Counted from the stretch's first letter, positions 46,453 to 56,473 are shown. The stretch is DNA of 64,000 bases from an uncultured Candidatus Rokubacteria bacterium (GCA_963826115.1 CAWGVS010000005.1:1760001-1824000), one strand, 5' to 3'. Notes: a model not told the origin generated them from the letters alone. Made by a program: numbers and translations.

Positions 46453-46503
46453 GGCGGCATTATACCGGCTCCGTCCGCGCAGGGCCGGCGCAGCGCCGCG
46501 ACC

Positions 46504-47460
46504 TTACCGGTCCAGGAGCTCGAGCACGGGCGCGAATGCCTCGAGGCTCTCCAGCGTGTTCGGCTCGAGCCAGAGCTGCACGTGGCTGATGCCCTCGCGC
46601 GCGTAGGCCCGGAGCTCCTCGGCCAGGCGCTCCGGCGGCCCACTGAGCGGCTCGAAGGTCCAGTGGGGCGGAAGCGGCGGTGACGCCTTCCCCCCCGGCG
46701 CCATGTCGACGAACACGGCCGCGGTGCGACCGACCGTCGCCGGCTCGCGGCCCGCCTGGCGGCAGGCCGCGTCGACCCGGTCGCGGAGCGGGGCGACGCC
46801 CGACGGGCGGTTCTTGGTCGGCGTGAAGTAGGCGTTCCACAGATCGCCGTACCGGGCCAAGAGCCCGAGCATGCGCTCGCCGGTCGACCCGATGAGGATG
46901 GGCGGCCCGCCGGGTCTCGGGCCCCGGGGCTCGAGCACGCACTCGCGGGCCTCGTAGTACTGCCCGACGAAGTCGACCTTCCCGTGACGCAGGAGCCCGT
47001 GGACGATGCGGAGTCCTTCCTCGAAGCGGCTCACCCGGTGGTCGAACGGGAACCCGAAGGCGCGGTACTCGGTCTCGTGCCAGCCCGCGCCGAGCCCGAG
47101 GATCAGCCGGCCCCCGGAGATCTCCTCGACCGTGTCGGCAAGCTTCGCCAGGTAGGCGGGATTCCGGAACGACATGCAGGAGACCAGCGGCCCGATCTCG
47201 ACGCGCGAGGTCACCGCCGCGACCGCGGCGATGAGCGCCCACCCCTCCCAGACGCCCTGGTCCGGCTTTCCCGCGTGCCGGAACAACAGGTGGTCCTCGA
47301 TCCACACGGAGTCGAATCCGGTCTCCTCGGCGCGGCGCGCCATCAGGCTGATGTCCGACCAGCGCGGCGTGCCGAAGCGCCCCTTGTCCACGGCGAGCGG
47401 CAGCTCCACCCCGACCTTCAGCGGTCGTCGTCTCACAGGGTTCAACGGGTCTCCCTCCAT
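46504..47460 (-). CDS. LLM-class (luciferase-like) flavin-dependent oxidoreductase
   Basis: GFDSVW..DH, RNPA.LAK, SGGRLILGLGAGW...E, PPILIG..G. Confidence 0.9.
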   Translation of the reverse strand: MEGDPLNPVRRRPLKVGVELPLAVDKGRFGTPRWSDISLMARRAEETGFDSVWIEDHLLFRHAGKPDQGVWEGWALIAAVAAVTSRVEIGPLVSCMSFRNPAYLAKLADTVEEISGGRLILGLGAGWHETEYRAFGFPFDHRVSRFEEGLRIVHGLLRHGKVDFVGQYYEARECVLEPRGPRPGGPPILIGSTGERMLGLLARYGDLWNAYFTPTKNRPSGVAPLRDRVDAACRQAGREPATVGRTAAVFVDMAPGGKASPPLPPHWTFEPLSGPPERLAEELRAYAREGISHVQLWLEPNTLESLEAFAPVLELLDR

Positions 47461-47474
47461 CCGTCCCGCCGCGC

Positions 47475-48581
47475 TCAGTCGAGCGACTTGCGGAAGCGCA
47501 GCACCGCCAGGGTGAAGATCACGGCGCCGAACGCGACCAGGGGCCACACGTCGGGCCAGAGGTCGGCCAGTCCGATGCCCTTCAGCACGATCCCGCGGAT
47601 GATGCGCAAAAAGTACGTGATCGGCAAGATGCGCGCGAAGTACTGCGCCGGCTCGGGCATGCCTTCCAGGGGGAACAGGAGGCCCGACAGGTAGATCGAC
47701 GGCAGGATGGCCAGGAAGCCCAGCTGCATCGCCTGGGGGACGGTGCGGGACATCGTCGACACGTAGATGCCGATCCCGAGCGTGCCGAGCATGAAGACGG
47801 CGGACAGCGCGTAGAGGAGGGCGACGCTGCCCCGGATCGGCACCGCGAACACGTAGTGCGCGACGACCAGGGCCAGGGTCATCTGGCCGTAGGCGACCAG
47901 GAGGTTCGGCAGGATCTTCCCGAGCATGATCTCCCAGCGCTTCAGCGGGCTCACCACCAGCGCCTCGAGCGTGCCCCGCTCGCGCTCGCGGACGACCGCG
48001 ACCGCCATGATCGTGATGGTCGTCTGCATCAGGAGCGCGCCGATCAGCCCCGGCACGATGAAGAGCGCCGACTCCTGGTCGGGGTTGTACCAGGCGCGGA
48101 TGCGCACATCGAGCCCGCCCCCGGTGTCGACCCCCGCGCGGCGCAGGAGCTCGATCGAGCGGTCGAGGCCCAGAGCGGTCGCCGCGTTGACGGCGGAGAC
48201 CGCCACCTGGGGGTCCGACGCGTCCACGATGACCTGGATGGTCGCGGCGCTCCGGCCGCGGAGCCGCTCCGAGAAATCGGGGGGAATCACGATCCCGACC
48301 TTCGCGTCCCCGCGGTCGATCAGGCGGGCGACCTCGTCGAGGGACCGCGCCTGGAAGCGGAGCGCGAAGTAGCGCGTGTTCTGGAACGCCTCGAGGAGCT
48401 TCCGGGACTCGACGTCCCGCGCCTGGTCGAGCACCACGGTCGGGAGGTTCCTGACGTCGGTGTTGATGGCGTAGCCGAAGATGAAGAGGAGGGCAACCGG
48501 GATGATCAGCGCGAGCGAGAGCGACATCGGGTCGCGCCGGAGCTGGACCATCTCCTTCCACATCATCCCGAGGAGCCGCAT
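47475..48581 (-). CDS. ABC-2 type exporter permease (YbhR/YhhJ-like)
   Basis: KE..QL.RD, WYNP, VPG, RERERGTLE.L.VSP, LSG..FP...MP. Confidence 0.92.
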   Translation of the reverse strand: MRLLGMMWKEMVQLRRDPMSLSLALIIPVALLFIFGYAINTDVRNLPTVVLDQARDVESRKLLEAFQNTRYFALRFQARSLDEVARLIDRGDAKVGIVIPPDFSERLRGRSAATIQVIVDASDPQVAVSAVNAATALGLDRSIELLRRAGVDTGGGLDVRIRAWYNPDQESALFIVPGLIGALLMQTTITIMAVAVVRERERGTLEALVVSPLKRWEIMLGKILPNLLVAYGQMTLALVVAHYVFAVPIRGSVALLYALSAVFMLGTLGIGIYVSTMSRTVPQAMQLGFLAILPSIYLSGLLFPLEGMPEPAQYFARILPITYFLRIIRGIVLKGIGLADLWPDVWPLVAFGAVIFTLAVLRFRKSLD

Positions 48582-48585
48582 CGGG

Positions 48586-49554
48586 TCAGAAGGCCCCGAG
48601 CTGCCGCCGCAGCCGGGCCTTCCGCTCCTTGTCCACGAAGGAGATGAACACGTCCTCGACCGTCGGGGCGACCGCGCGCGCCGTCGCCTCGACCCCGGCG
48701 ACCCGCAGGCGGTCGACCACCGCCTCCGCGGCGAGACCGCGCTCGGCCGACACCAGGCGGACGATCGGGCCGTAGCGGACCGCCTCCTCGACGGCCGGCC
48801 AGTCGGCGAGGACGTCGATCGCCCGCTGGGGCTCCGCGGTCTCCACCTGGAACACCGGCCGGCCGAACGTCTCGGTCTTGATCGCGGCCGGTGTGCCCTG
48901 GGCGATCAGCCGTCCCTGGTAGATGAAGCCCAGCCGGTCGCAGTGCTCGGCCTCGTCCATGTAGTGGGTCGTGACCACGACCGTGACCCCGCTGTCGGCG
49001 AGTCGGCGGATCAGCTCCCAGAACGTGCGACGCGACACCGGATCGACGCCCGCGGTCGGCTCGTCGAGGAACATGAGCTTCGGGGAGTGGACGAGCGCGC
49101 AGGCGAGGGCGAGCCGCTGCCGGTAGCCGCCCGACAGCTGCCCGGCCAGGGCGTCCTCGCGGCCGACCAGGTCGGCCAGCTGGATCATCCGGTCGATCCG
49201 CTCCCGCCGGGCCCGCCCCGGAACGCCGTACACCATGGCGTAGAAGACCAGGTTCTCGGCCGCCGACAGGTCGTCGTAGAGCGAGAAGCGCTGCGACATG
49301 TAGCCGATCGCGGCCTTGATGCGCTCGGGCTCCCGGCGGAGGTCGATCCCGAGCACGCGCCCCGAGCCCTCGGTCGGCTCGAGGATGCCGCACAGCATCC
49401 GGAGGGTCGTGGACTTCCCCGCGCCGTTCGGACCGAGGAAGCCGTAGAGCTCGCCCGCCTCGACCCGCAGGTCGACGTGGTCGACCGCGGTGAAGGCGCC
49501 GAAGCGCTTGGTGAGCCCCTGGGTCAGGACCGCCGGCTCGGCCGCCGTCGTCAT
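48586..49554 (-). CDS. ABC exporter ATP-binding protein
   Basis: GPNGAGKST, LSGG, LDEPTAGVDP, TTHYMDEAE. Confidence 0.95.
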   Translation of the reverse strand: MTTAAEPAVLTQGLTKRFGAFTAVDHVDLRVEAGELYGFLGPNGAGKSTTLRMLCGILEPTEGSGRVLGIDLRREPERIKAAIGYMSQRFSLYDDLSAAENLVFYAMVYGVPGRARRERIDRMIQLADLVGREDALAGQLSGGYRQRLALACALVHSPKLMFLDEPTAGVDPVSRRTFWELIRRLADSGVTVVVTTHYMDEAEHCDRLGFIYQGRLIAQGTPAAIKTETFGRPVFQVETAEPQRAIDVLADWPAVEEAVRYGPIVRLVSAERGLAAEAVVDRLRVAGVEATARAVAPTVEDVFISFVDKERKARLRRQLGAF

Positions 49555-49586
49555 TCGAGGGGCAGCGCGCGTGCTGGGAGTCGGGA

Positions 49587-51080
49587 CTACGCGTCCGCGA
49601 CGGTGACCGGAAGCATTCCGAGGCGGAGCGCCTCGGCCCGGAGGATCTCCCAGGCCCGGAGCACGTGGCGCTCCTCGGTCCGGATGTTGCCGATGGCGAG
49701 GCGCAGCGAGTACCCTCCGCCCAGTACCACGTGCGACAGGAACGCCTCACCCGAGGCGTTCACGCCCTCGAGGAGCCGCTCGTTGAGCGCGTTGAGCCGC
49801 GGGTCGTCGATCGCCCAGGCCCGGGGCCGGAGCCGGAACACCACGGTGCTGAACGGGACGGGCGCGATCCGCTCCCAGTCCGGATCCTCGTCGACCCACG
49901 AGGCGAACAGCCGGCCGAGCCGCATGTGCTCGCGGAGCCGCGTCTCGATGCCGGAGCGCCCGAACGCGCGGAGCACCATCCACAGCTTGAGCGCCCGGAA
50001 GCGGCGGCCGAGCTGCGGGCCCCAGTCCATGTAGTTCTCGACCGTGCTCCCCTCCGGCGTCTGCAGGAACGAGGCCGCCAGTGTGAACGCGCGCTTCAGC
50101 ACGTCCGGCCGCCGGCAGTACAGGACCGAGCAGTCGATCGGAGTGAAGAGCCACTTGTGCGGGTTCACGACGATCGAGTCGGCTCGGTCGCATCCGGCCA
50201 GCACCTCGCGCCGCTCGGGCACGATGGCCGCGACCCCGCCGTACGCGGCGTCGATGTGAAGCCAGAGCCCCTCGCGGGCGGCGATGTCGGCCACGGCCGG
50301 CACCGGGTCGATGCTGGTCGTCCCGGTCGTGCCGACCGTCGCGCACACGGCCACGGGTCGCCAGCCGGCCGCCCGGTCCTCGGCCACCGCGCGGGCGAGC
50401 GCGGCCGGGTCCATCCGGAACTCGGCGTCGGTCGGGATCTTCCGCACGCCGTCGCGGCCGAAGCCGAGGATGATCGCGCCCTTCTCGACGGAGTTGTGGG
50501 CCTGCTCCGACGTGTAGACGCGGAGCCGCGGGACGTCCCGGCGCCCGGCCATCCCCTGCTCCCGCACGTCGAGGCCGGCGGCCTCGCGGGCCGCGGCGAG
50601 CGCGCAGAGCGTCGAGATGGACGCGGTGTCGTAGATGACGCCGTGGAAGGCGGCGGGCAGGCCGAGGAGCTTCCGCAGCCAGCCGAGCACGACCTCCTCC
50701 AGCTCGGTCGCCGCCGGCGAGGTGCGCCACAGCATGGCGTTGACGTTCAGTCCCGCGCACAGGAGCTCGCCGATGATGCCGGGCGCGGAGCCGCTGATGG
50801 AGAAGTAGGCGAAGAAGCCCGGGTGGTTCCAGTGGGTGATGCCGGGGACGACCACACGGTCGAAGTCGGCAAGCATGCGCTCGAGGGGCTCGGGGTCGTC
50901 CGGCGCCGTCTCGGGCAACGCGCCGCGGACATCCCCCGGCTTCACGCGGGCCAGCACCGGGTACCGCTCCGGCGCCGCCAGGAACCGCGCGATCCAGTCC
51001 ACCGCCGCGTAACCCTGCCGCCGGAACTCCTCGGGGTCGACGTCGCCGAGAGGTCCCGCCACCGTCCCGTCGCTGCCCAT
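49587..51080 (-). CDS. Aromatic L-amino acid decarboxylase (group II PLP decarboxylase)
   Basis: PGITHWNHP.FFAYF, SPAATELE, HIDAAY.G, NPHKWLF, GRRFRALKLW; ATG 51080 after GGAGG. Confidence 0.92.
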   Translation of the reverse strand: MGSDGTVAGPLGDVDPEEFRRQGYAAVDWIARFLAAPERYPVLARVKPGDVRGALPETAPDDPEPLERMLADFDRVVVPGITHWNHPGFFAYFSISGSAPGIIGELLCAGLNVNAMLWRTSPAATELEEVVLGWLRKLLGLPAAFHGVIYDTASISTLCALAAAREAAGLDVREQGMAGRRDVPRLRVYTSEQAHNSVEKGAIILGFGRDGVRKIPTDAEFRMDPAALARAVAEDRAAGWRPVAVCATVGTTGTTSIDPVPAVADIAAREGLWLHIDAAYGGVAAIVPERREVLAGCDRADSIVVNPHKWLFTPIDCSVLYCRRPDVLKRAFTLAASFLQTPEGSTVENYMDWGPQLGRRFRALKLWMVLRAFGRSGIETRLREHMRLGRLFASWVDEDPDWERIAPVPFSTVVFRLRPRAWAIDDPRLNALNERLLEGVNASGEAFLSHVVLGGGYSLRLAIGNIRTEERHVLRAWEILRAEALRLGMLPVTVADA

Positions 51081-51095
51081 CCGTCCCACCTCCAC

Positions 51096-52409
51096 TCAGT
51101 CGGTCGCGATCGCGGCGTCGGCGGGCATGCCGGGCTTGAGTCGCCCGTCCGGATTGGCGATCGCGATCTTCAGCCGGAACACCAGGTTGACCCGCTCCTT
51201 CTGCGTCTGCACGTTCCGCGGCGTGAACTCCGCCTGGGAGGCGACCTCGACGATCCGGCCCTCGAAGGGCTGGCCGGGGAAAGCGTCGACCGTGACGCGC
51301 GCGGTCTGGCCGATTCGCACCCGGCCGAGATCCGTCTCCGCGATGTACGCGCGGAGCCACAGGTCCGAGGGGTCGACGAGCGTCACGACGGCCGAGCCCG
51401 GGGACGCGGTGGATCCGGGCTCGAGGTTCTTCCGGAGCACGATCCCGTCCATCGGCGCCTCGAGCCGCGTGTCGGCGAGCCTCGTCCGCGCCTGGGCCAG
51501 CGCGGCCTCGGACTGCGCCAGCTGGGCGCGAGCCGTGTCCACCTGGCCGGGCCGCGGACCGGCCTCGACCAGCGCGAGACGCTCGCGCGCCGCCCGCACC
51601 TCGGCGCGCGCCGCCTCCACCTGGTCGGGCCGCGGGCCCGCCTCGAGGAGACGCAGGCGCTCGCGGGCCTGGCGCACCTCGGCCCGGGCCATCTCGACCT
51701 GGTCGCTCCGCGGACCCGCCAGCACGAGGGCGAGCTGCTCCTTCGCCGTACGCTCCTGCATGCGCGCGACCTCGAAGGCCTGCCAGGCGCGCTCCTTGTC
51801 GGCCGCTGCGATCAGGTCGCGCTCGTAGAGCGACCTGAGCCGCTCGTACTCCCGCTCCGCCCAGACGCGCGTCGCCTCGGCCGAGGTGACCGCGCTCCGG
51901 GCCTGCTCGACCTCCTGCGCCCGGGCACCGGCCTCGAGGTCGCGCTGCCGCGCCTCGGCCTGCGCCACGACCTGGCGGGCCGCCTGGATCTCCTCGCGTC
52001 GGGCGCCGGCGACGAGGTCGGCCAGTGCGGCCTCGGCCCGGCTGACCTGTGCTCGCGCCTCGGCAATCTCCTCCTTGCGAGCCCCGGCCACGAGGTCGCG
52101 GAGCTGCGCCTGTGCCACGCGCACCCCCGCCTCGAGCCGGGCCGCCTCGGCCACGGGCTCGGCGTCGTCCAGCTGGACCACCAGGTCGCCCCGGCGCACG
52201 CGGCTGCCCTCCTCGACGCGTATCGCGACGATGCGCGCGGTCGTCTTGGGCGACAGGTCCACGTCCCGCGCCTCGATCGTCCCGGTGACGGTCAGGCCGA
52301 CCCCGCGCGCCTCACGGCGCGAGAGAGCCCAGAGCCCGACGGCCGCCAGGCCGACGAGGGCCACCACGACCAGCACCACGCCCCGGAGGGCCCGGCCGAA
52401 CGGCGTCAT
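51096..52409 (-). CDS. HlyD-family membrane fusion protein (YbhG-like) with extended hairpin
   Basis: N-terminal TM, V.EG..V..GD, AP.DG.V, AEFTPRNVQT..ER..LVF, LKPGMPAD. Confidence 0.92.
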   Translation of the reverse strand: MTPFGRALRGVVLVVVALVGLAAVGLWALSRREARGVGLTVTGTIEARDVDLSPKTTARIVAIRVEEGSRVRRGDLVVQLDDAEPVAEAARLEAGVRVAQAQLRDLVAGARKEEIAEARAQVSRAEAALADLVAGARREEIQAARQVVAQAEARQRDLEAGARAQEVEQARSAVTSAEATRVWAEREYERLRSLYERDLIAAADKERAWQAFEVARMQERTAKEQLALVLAGPRSDQVEMARAEVRQARERLRLLEAGPRPDQVEAARAEVRAARERLALVEAGPRPGQVDTARAQLAQSEAALAQARTRLADTRLEAPMDGIVLRKNLEPGSTASPGSAVVTLVDPSDLWLRAYIAETDLGRVRIGQTARVTVDAFPGQPFEGRIVEVASQAEFTPRNVQTQKERVNLVFRLKIAIANPDGRLKPGMPADAAIATD

Positions 52410-52415
52410 CGCGCG

Positions 52416-53747
52416 CTACGGCTTGGTGGCCGGCTTGATCGGCAGGAGGATCGCGGTCGTGCGGCGCTCCAGCACCAGGTAGCGCTCGGCCACTCGTCGC
52501 ACGTCCTCGCGCGTGACCGCCCGGATGCCCGGCAGGTACGCCTCCCGGAGACGCCATCCGCCCAGGAGCTCGTGGCGCGCCAGCGAGGCAGATCGGTTGA
52601 AGACGGAGTCCTGGCCGAAGAGGTAGCCCGCCTCCAGCTGGTTCTGGGCGCGCTGGAGCTCCTCCTCGGTGACGAGCTCCGTCCGGAGCCGCTCCACCTC
52701 CGCGACGAGGGAGCGCTCGGCCTCCTCGACCGAGCGCTCGGGGAGCACGGTGACGTAGAAGGTGAACGTGTCCGGATCGAGCGTGAGACGCGAGTAGTCA
52801 CCGCCCGCCTCGAGGGCCAGCCGCTCCTCGTACACCAGGCGCCGGTGGAGTCGCGAGGTCCGCCCGCCCGAGAGGACCGCCGACAGCACCTCGAGCGCGT
52901 AGGCGTCTCCGGATCGATGGTTCGGCGTCGGGTAGCCCATGAACACCACGGGCAGCTGCGCCTCCTTCCGGAGCCAGACGCGCCGCTCGCCGCGCTGGTC
53001 CGGCTCGGTGACCATCACGCGGGGCGGATCGGGTCCCCGCGGGACGTCGCCGAACCGCGTCCGGATCTTGTCGAGGAGCTCCCCGGCGCGAAAGTCGCCC
53101 ACCACGGCCAGGATCGCGTTGTTCGGCCGGTAGTAGGCGTCGTACCAGCTCCGGAGGTCATCGGCGGTCAGCCGCTCCACGTCCTGGGCGAACCCGATGG
53201 TGGGCAACCGGTACGGGTGCGCCACGAAGGCGGTCACGTTGAACAGCTCGGTGAGGGCGCCCACCGGGTCGTCCTCCGTGCGCGTCCGGCGCTCCTCGAG
53301 CACCACCTTGCGCTCGGCGTCGATCTCCCGGGGGTCGAGGAGCAGGTTCCGCATCCGGTCGGCCTCGAGGAGGAGCACGAGGTCGAGCTGGTCGGCCGCG
53401 ATGGTGACATGGTAGACGGTGACGTCGCGGCTCGTGAAGGCATTGTCCTGGCCGCCGGCCGCCTCGATGAGCTTCGAGAAGACGCGCGGGCCGTACGTCG
53501 GCGTACCCTTGAACATCATGTGCTCGAGGTAGTGGGACAGCCCGGTCAGCCCCACGCGCTCGTCGCGCGATCCCACCCGGTACCAGACCTGGACGCTCGC
53601 CACCGGGCTCCCGGGGCGCTCCTGGAGGAGGACGCGGAGGCCGTTGTCGAGCGTCGCCTCGACGACCTCCTGGGCGCCGAGGGGCGGACACACCAGGCCG
53701 ACGAGGAGCGCGATCAGCAGTCCGATGAGGCGACGAGGACGCAGCAT
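52416..53747 (-). CDS. M16B zinc peptidase, catalytic subunit
   Basis: VWYRVGS.DE, HYLEH, NAFTS.D.T.Y, ER.VV.EE, HPY, Y.PNNA; signal peptide from ATG 53747. Confidence 0.92.
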   Translation of the reverse strand: MLRPRRLIGLLIALLVGLVCPPLGAQEVVEATLDNGLRVLLQERPGSPVASVQVWYRVGSRDERVGLTGLSHYLEHMMFKGTPTYGPRVFSKLIEAAGGQDNAFTSRDVTVYHVTIAADQLDLVLLLEADRMRNLLLDPREIDAERKVVLEERRTRTEDDPVGALTELFNVTAFVAHPYRLPTIGFAQDVERLTADDLRSWYDAYYRPNNAILAVVGDFRAGELLDKIRTRFGDVPRGPDPPRVMVTEPDQRGERRVWLRKEAQLPVVFMGYPTPNHRSGDAYALEVLSAVLSGGRTSRLHRRLVYEERLALEAGGDYSRLTLDPDTFTFYVTVLPERSVEEAERSLVAEVERLRTELVTEEELQRAQNQLEAGYLFGQDSVFNRSASLARHELLGGWRLREAYLPGIRAVTREDVRRVAERYLVLERRTTAILLPIKPATKP

Positions 53748-53954
53748 GGCGCCAGTATACCCTCGGCGGTCGGCCCGCTCGGGCCCCACGACCCTCGGAA
53801 CGTCGAGGCACAACGGCTGCCGGGACGCGGGGTTAGCGACGACCACTTGAGACGTGTTCACCCCCTCGGAACACGCGCGTTTTCGGCCGGAGCAAGTCGC
53901 GCCGGGTCGGGATGCCGGGTAGAGGTTTTCGGAGGAGAGCGGGCAGAGCCGAGT

Positions 53955-54151
53955 CATGAGGCGCTGCGCGTGCCGGATGCTGACCCGCAGCGCCGCCGCC
54001 ACCTGCCGATTCGTCAGCTGTCCCGCCACCAAGGCCTTCATCAACCCAGGCCGCACCGCTTCCTTGCGTGACATCGTGAGGGCCTCCCAGGTCTCCATGC
54101 GGGCGACCCTTTCACGTCGCAGTTAGGGGGTGACCTTTTTATGTCGCAACA
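53955..54151 (-). mobile_element. Truncated ISNCY/IS1202-like element: left end plus 48-codon transposase HTH fragment
   Basis: METWEALTMSRKE..R...........LT..QVAAAL.VS.RH.QRL. The end begins TGT (54151) and carries two 20-bp imperfect direct repeats (54129-54148, 54102-54121; 16/20 identical). Confidence 0.7.
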
Positions 54152-54170
54152 GCACCATCGCCTGCTCGCC

Positions 54171-54200
54171 TTGACCCTCGCGCGAGCCGCGTGCTAGCGT
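54171..54200 (+). promoter_or_regulatory. Sigma70-like promoter of the SDR gene
   Basis: TTGACC-N18-TAGCGT with a TG extension. Confidence 0.4.
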
Positions 54201-54261
54201 CCTCGCGGCGTTCCGATTCCATCTCGACCGGGCTCGCCGAGCCCTCCTGAGGACACGTGAC

Positions 54262-55029
54262 ATGAAGATCGACGGCTCCACGTTCCTGGTGACCGGAGGC
54301 GCGTCCGGGCTCGGGCGCGCGACGGTCGAGCGGCTCCTCGCCCACGGCGGCCGTGTGGCGATCCTGGACCTCGGCCGGTCGGCCGGCGCCCAGGTGGCCG
54401 CCGAGCTCGGCCCGCACGCGCTCTTCGCGCCCTGCGACGTCACCAGCGCCGACGACGTGAGCGCCGCGATCGAGGGGGCGGTCACGCGCTTCGGCGCCGT
54501 CCACGGGCTGGTCAACTGCGCAGGGGTGGCGATCGCCGAGAAGACCCACGGCAAGCGCGGGCCGCACGACCTGGGCTCGTTCGCCTTCGTCATCCAGGTG
54601 AACCTGATCGGGACGTTCAACTGCATCCGGCTCGCGGCGGCGCGGATGGCGCAGAACACGCCCGGCGAGGACGGCGAGCGCGGCGTGATCGTCAACACGG
54701 CGTCGGTCGCCGCCTTCGACGGGCAGGTCGGCCAGGCCGCCTACTCGGCCTCCAAGGGCGGCATCGTCGGGATGACGCTGCCGATCGCGCGGGACCTGGC
54801 CGAGGTGGGCATCCGGGTCTGCACGATCGCGCCCGGCCTCTTCGACACGCCGCTCATGGGGATGCTCCCCGAGCCAGCCCGGCAGTCGCTCGCCAAGCAG
54901 GTCCCGTTCCCGAGCCGGCTGGGCCACCCGGCGGAGTACGCGGCGCTCGCCTGCCACATCGTCGAGAACGTGATGCTGAACGCGGAGACCATCCGCCTCG
55001 ACGGCGCCATCCGCATGGCCCCGCGGTAG
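54262..55029 (+). CDS. 3-hydroxyacyl-CoA dehydrogenase type-2 (HSD17B10-like SDR)
   Basis: [47 protein letters not shown]. Confidence 0.93.
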   Translation: MKIDGSTFLVTGGASGLGRATVERLLAHGGRVAILDLGRSAGAQVAAELGPHALFAPCDVTSADDVSAAIEGAVTRFGAVHGLVNCAGVAIAEKTHGKRGPHDLGSFAFVIQVNLIGTFNCIRLAAARMAQNTPGEDGERGVIVNTASVAAFDGQVGQAAYSASKGGIVGMTLPIARDLAEVGIRVCTIAPGLFDTPLMGMLPEPARQSLAKQVPFPSRLGHPAEYAALACHIVENVMLNAETIRLDGAIRMAPR

Positions 55030-55036
55030 CCGGGGG

Positions 55037-56473
55037 TCAGGGAGCGATGTAGGTCGTCTTGACCGTGGTGTAGAACTCCCGCGCGTAGGCCCCCTGCTCC
55101 CGGGGCCCGTAGCTCGACGCCTTCCGCCCGCCGAACGGCACGTGGTAGTCCACGCCAGCGGTGGGCAGGTTCACCATGACCATCCCCGCCTGCGCGTTCC
55201 GCTTGAAGTGACTCGCGTGCTTGAGGGACGTCGTGACCACGCCCGACGAGAGCCCGAACGGCGTGTCGTTGGCGAGGACCAGCGCCTCGTCGTAGTCCCG
55301 CGCCCGGATCACGGTGGCGACGGGCCCGAAGATCTCCTCCCGGTTGATGCGCATGGCGTTGGTCGTCTCGGTGAAGAGCGCGGGCGCCAGGAAGTAGCCC
55401 TCGTGCTCGCGCCGCACCCGGTCGCCACCACACGCGAGCCGCGCCCCTTCCCGGCGTCCGACCTCGAGGTAGGAGAGATCCTGGTCGAGCTGGCTCTGGT
55501 CCACCACCGGGCCGATGTCGGTGCCCTTCCGGAGCGCGTCGTCGACGACGAGCTTCTCGAGCCGCTCGATCATCGCCCGGACGAACCGGTCGTGAATTCC
55601 CTCGGTGACGATGAGCCGGCTGGACGCGGTACAGCGCTGGCCGGTCGAGAAGTACGCGCCCTGGACCGCGCAGTTCACCGCGACGCCGAGGTCGGCGTCG
55701 TCCAGGATCACCAGCGGGTTCTTGCCCCCCATCTCGAGCTGGATCTTCCCCATGCGGGCGACGACCTTCTTCGCGATGGCGCGGCCCGTCTCCACCGAAC
55801 CGGTGAAGCTCACCCCGTCGATGTCGGTCGAGCCGATGAGCGCCTCGCCGACCGCCGAGCCGCGACCCATCACGAGATTGAACACCCCCGACGGGACGCC
55901 GGCCCGCTTCAGGATGTCCGCCAGCGCCCAGGCGCACCCGGGGACCAGGTCGGCGGGCTTGAAGACCACGCAGTTGCCGTACGCGAGGGCCGGCGCGATC
56001 TTCCAGGCGGGGATCGCGAGCGGGAAGTTCCACGGCGTGATGATGCCGACGACGCCGATCGGCTCACGCGTCACCTCCACCGAGATGCCCGGGCGGACGG
56101 AGTCGACGACCTCCCCCGCCTGCCGCACCACCTCGCCGGCAAAGAACTTGAAGATGTAGCCGGCCCGCTTGGCTTCCCCGATGCCCTCGGGAAGGGTCTT
56201 GCCCTCCTCCCGCGACAGAAGCGTGCCCAGCTCCTCCGCGCGGCGGATGATCTCGTCGCCCGCGCGGTCCAGGACGTCCGCGCGCTCCTGCCGGTTGCCG
56301 CGAGCCCAGGCCGGCGCCGCGGCCCGCGCGGCGGCGATCGCCGCCTGCGCCTGCGCCGCGTCCGCCCGCGCGTACTCGCCGACGACCTCCTGGAGGTTGG
56401 ACGGGTTGACGTCACGGTTGACGTCGGCGCCGCCGACCCACTCGCCGTTGATCAGGTTTCCATGCACGGCCAC
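55037..56473 (-). CDS. Aldehyde dehydrogenase (alpha-ketoglutarate semialdehyde dehydrogenase-like)
   Basis: ITPWNFP, FTGS..TG, LEMGGKN, GQRCTA, EEIFGP, PFGG.K.S. Confidence 0.93.
   Translation of the reverse strand: MAVHGNLINGEWVGGADVNRDVNPSNLQEVVGEYARADAAQAQAAIAAARAAAPAWARGNRQERADVLDRAGDEIIRRAEELGTLLSREEGKTLPEGIGEAKRAGYIFKFFAGEVVRQAGEVVDSVRPGISVEVTREPIGVVGIITPWNFPLAIPAWKIAPALAYGNCVVFKPADLVPGCAWALADILKRAGVPSGVFNLVMGRGSAVGEALIGSTDIDGVSFTGSVETGRAIAKKVVARMGKIQLEMGGKNPLVILDDADLGVAVNCAVQGAYFSTGQRCTASSRLIVTEGIHDRFVRAMIERLEKLVVDDALRKGTDIGPVVDQSQLDQDLSYLEVGRREGARLACGGDRVRREHEGYFLAPALFTETTNAMRINREEIFGPVATVIRARDYDEALVLANDTPFGLSSGVVTTSLKHASHFKRNAQAGMVMVNLPTAGVDYHVPFGGRKASSYGPREQGAYAREFYTTVKTTYIAP

Noticed and set aside
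46504-48561. 685-aa LLM fusion
   Set aside because: The N-terminal half is an off-frame overlap with the ABC permease; the LLM domain starts near 47460.
49665-54071. 1468-aa plus-strand ORF
   Set aside because: Antisense shadow of AADC/HlyD/M16; stop-poor because of high GC3; no recognisable motifs.
52416-54098. HTH-M16 peptidase fusion protein
   Set aside because: The peptidase has its own signal peptide and a -10 element at ATG 53747, and the intervening sequence looks non-coding. Best explained as chance in-frame read-through from an IS remnant.
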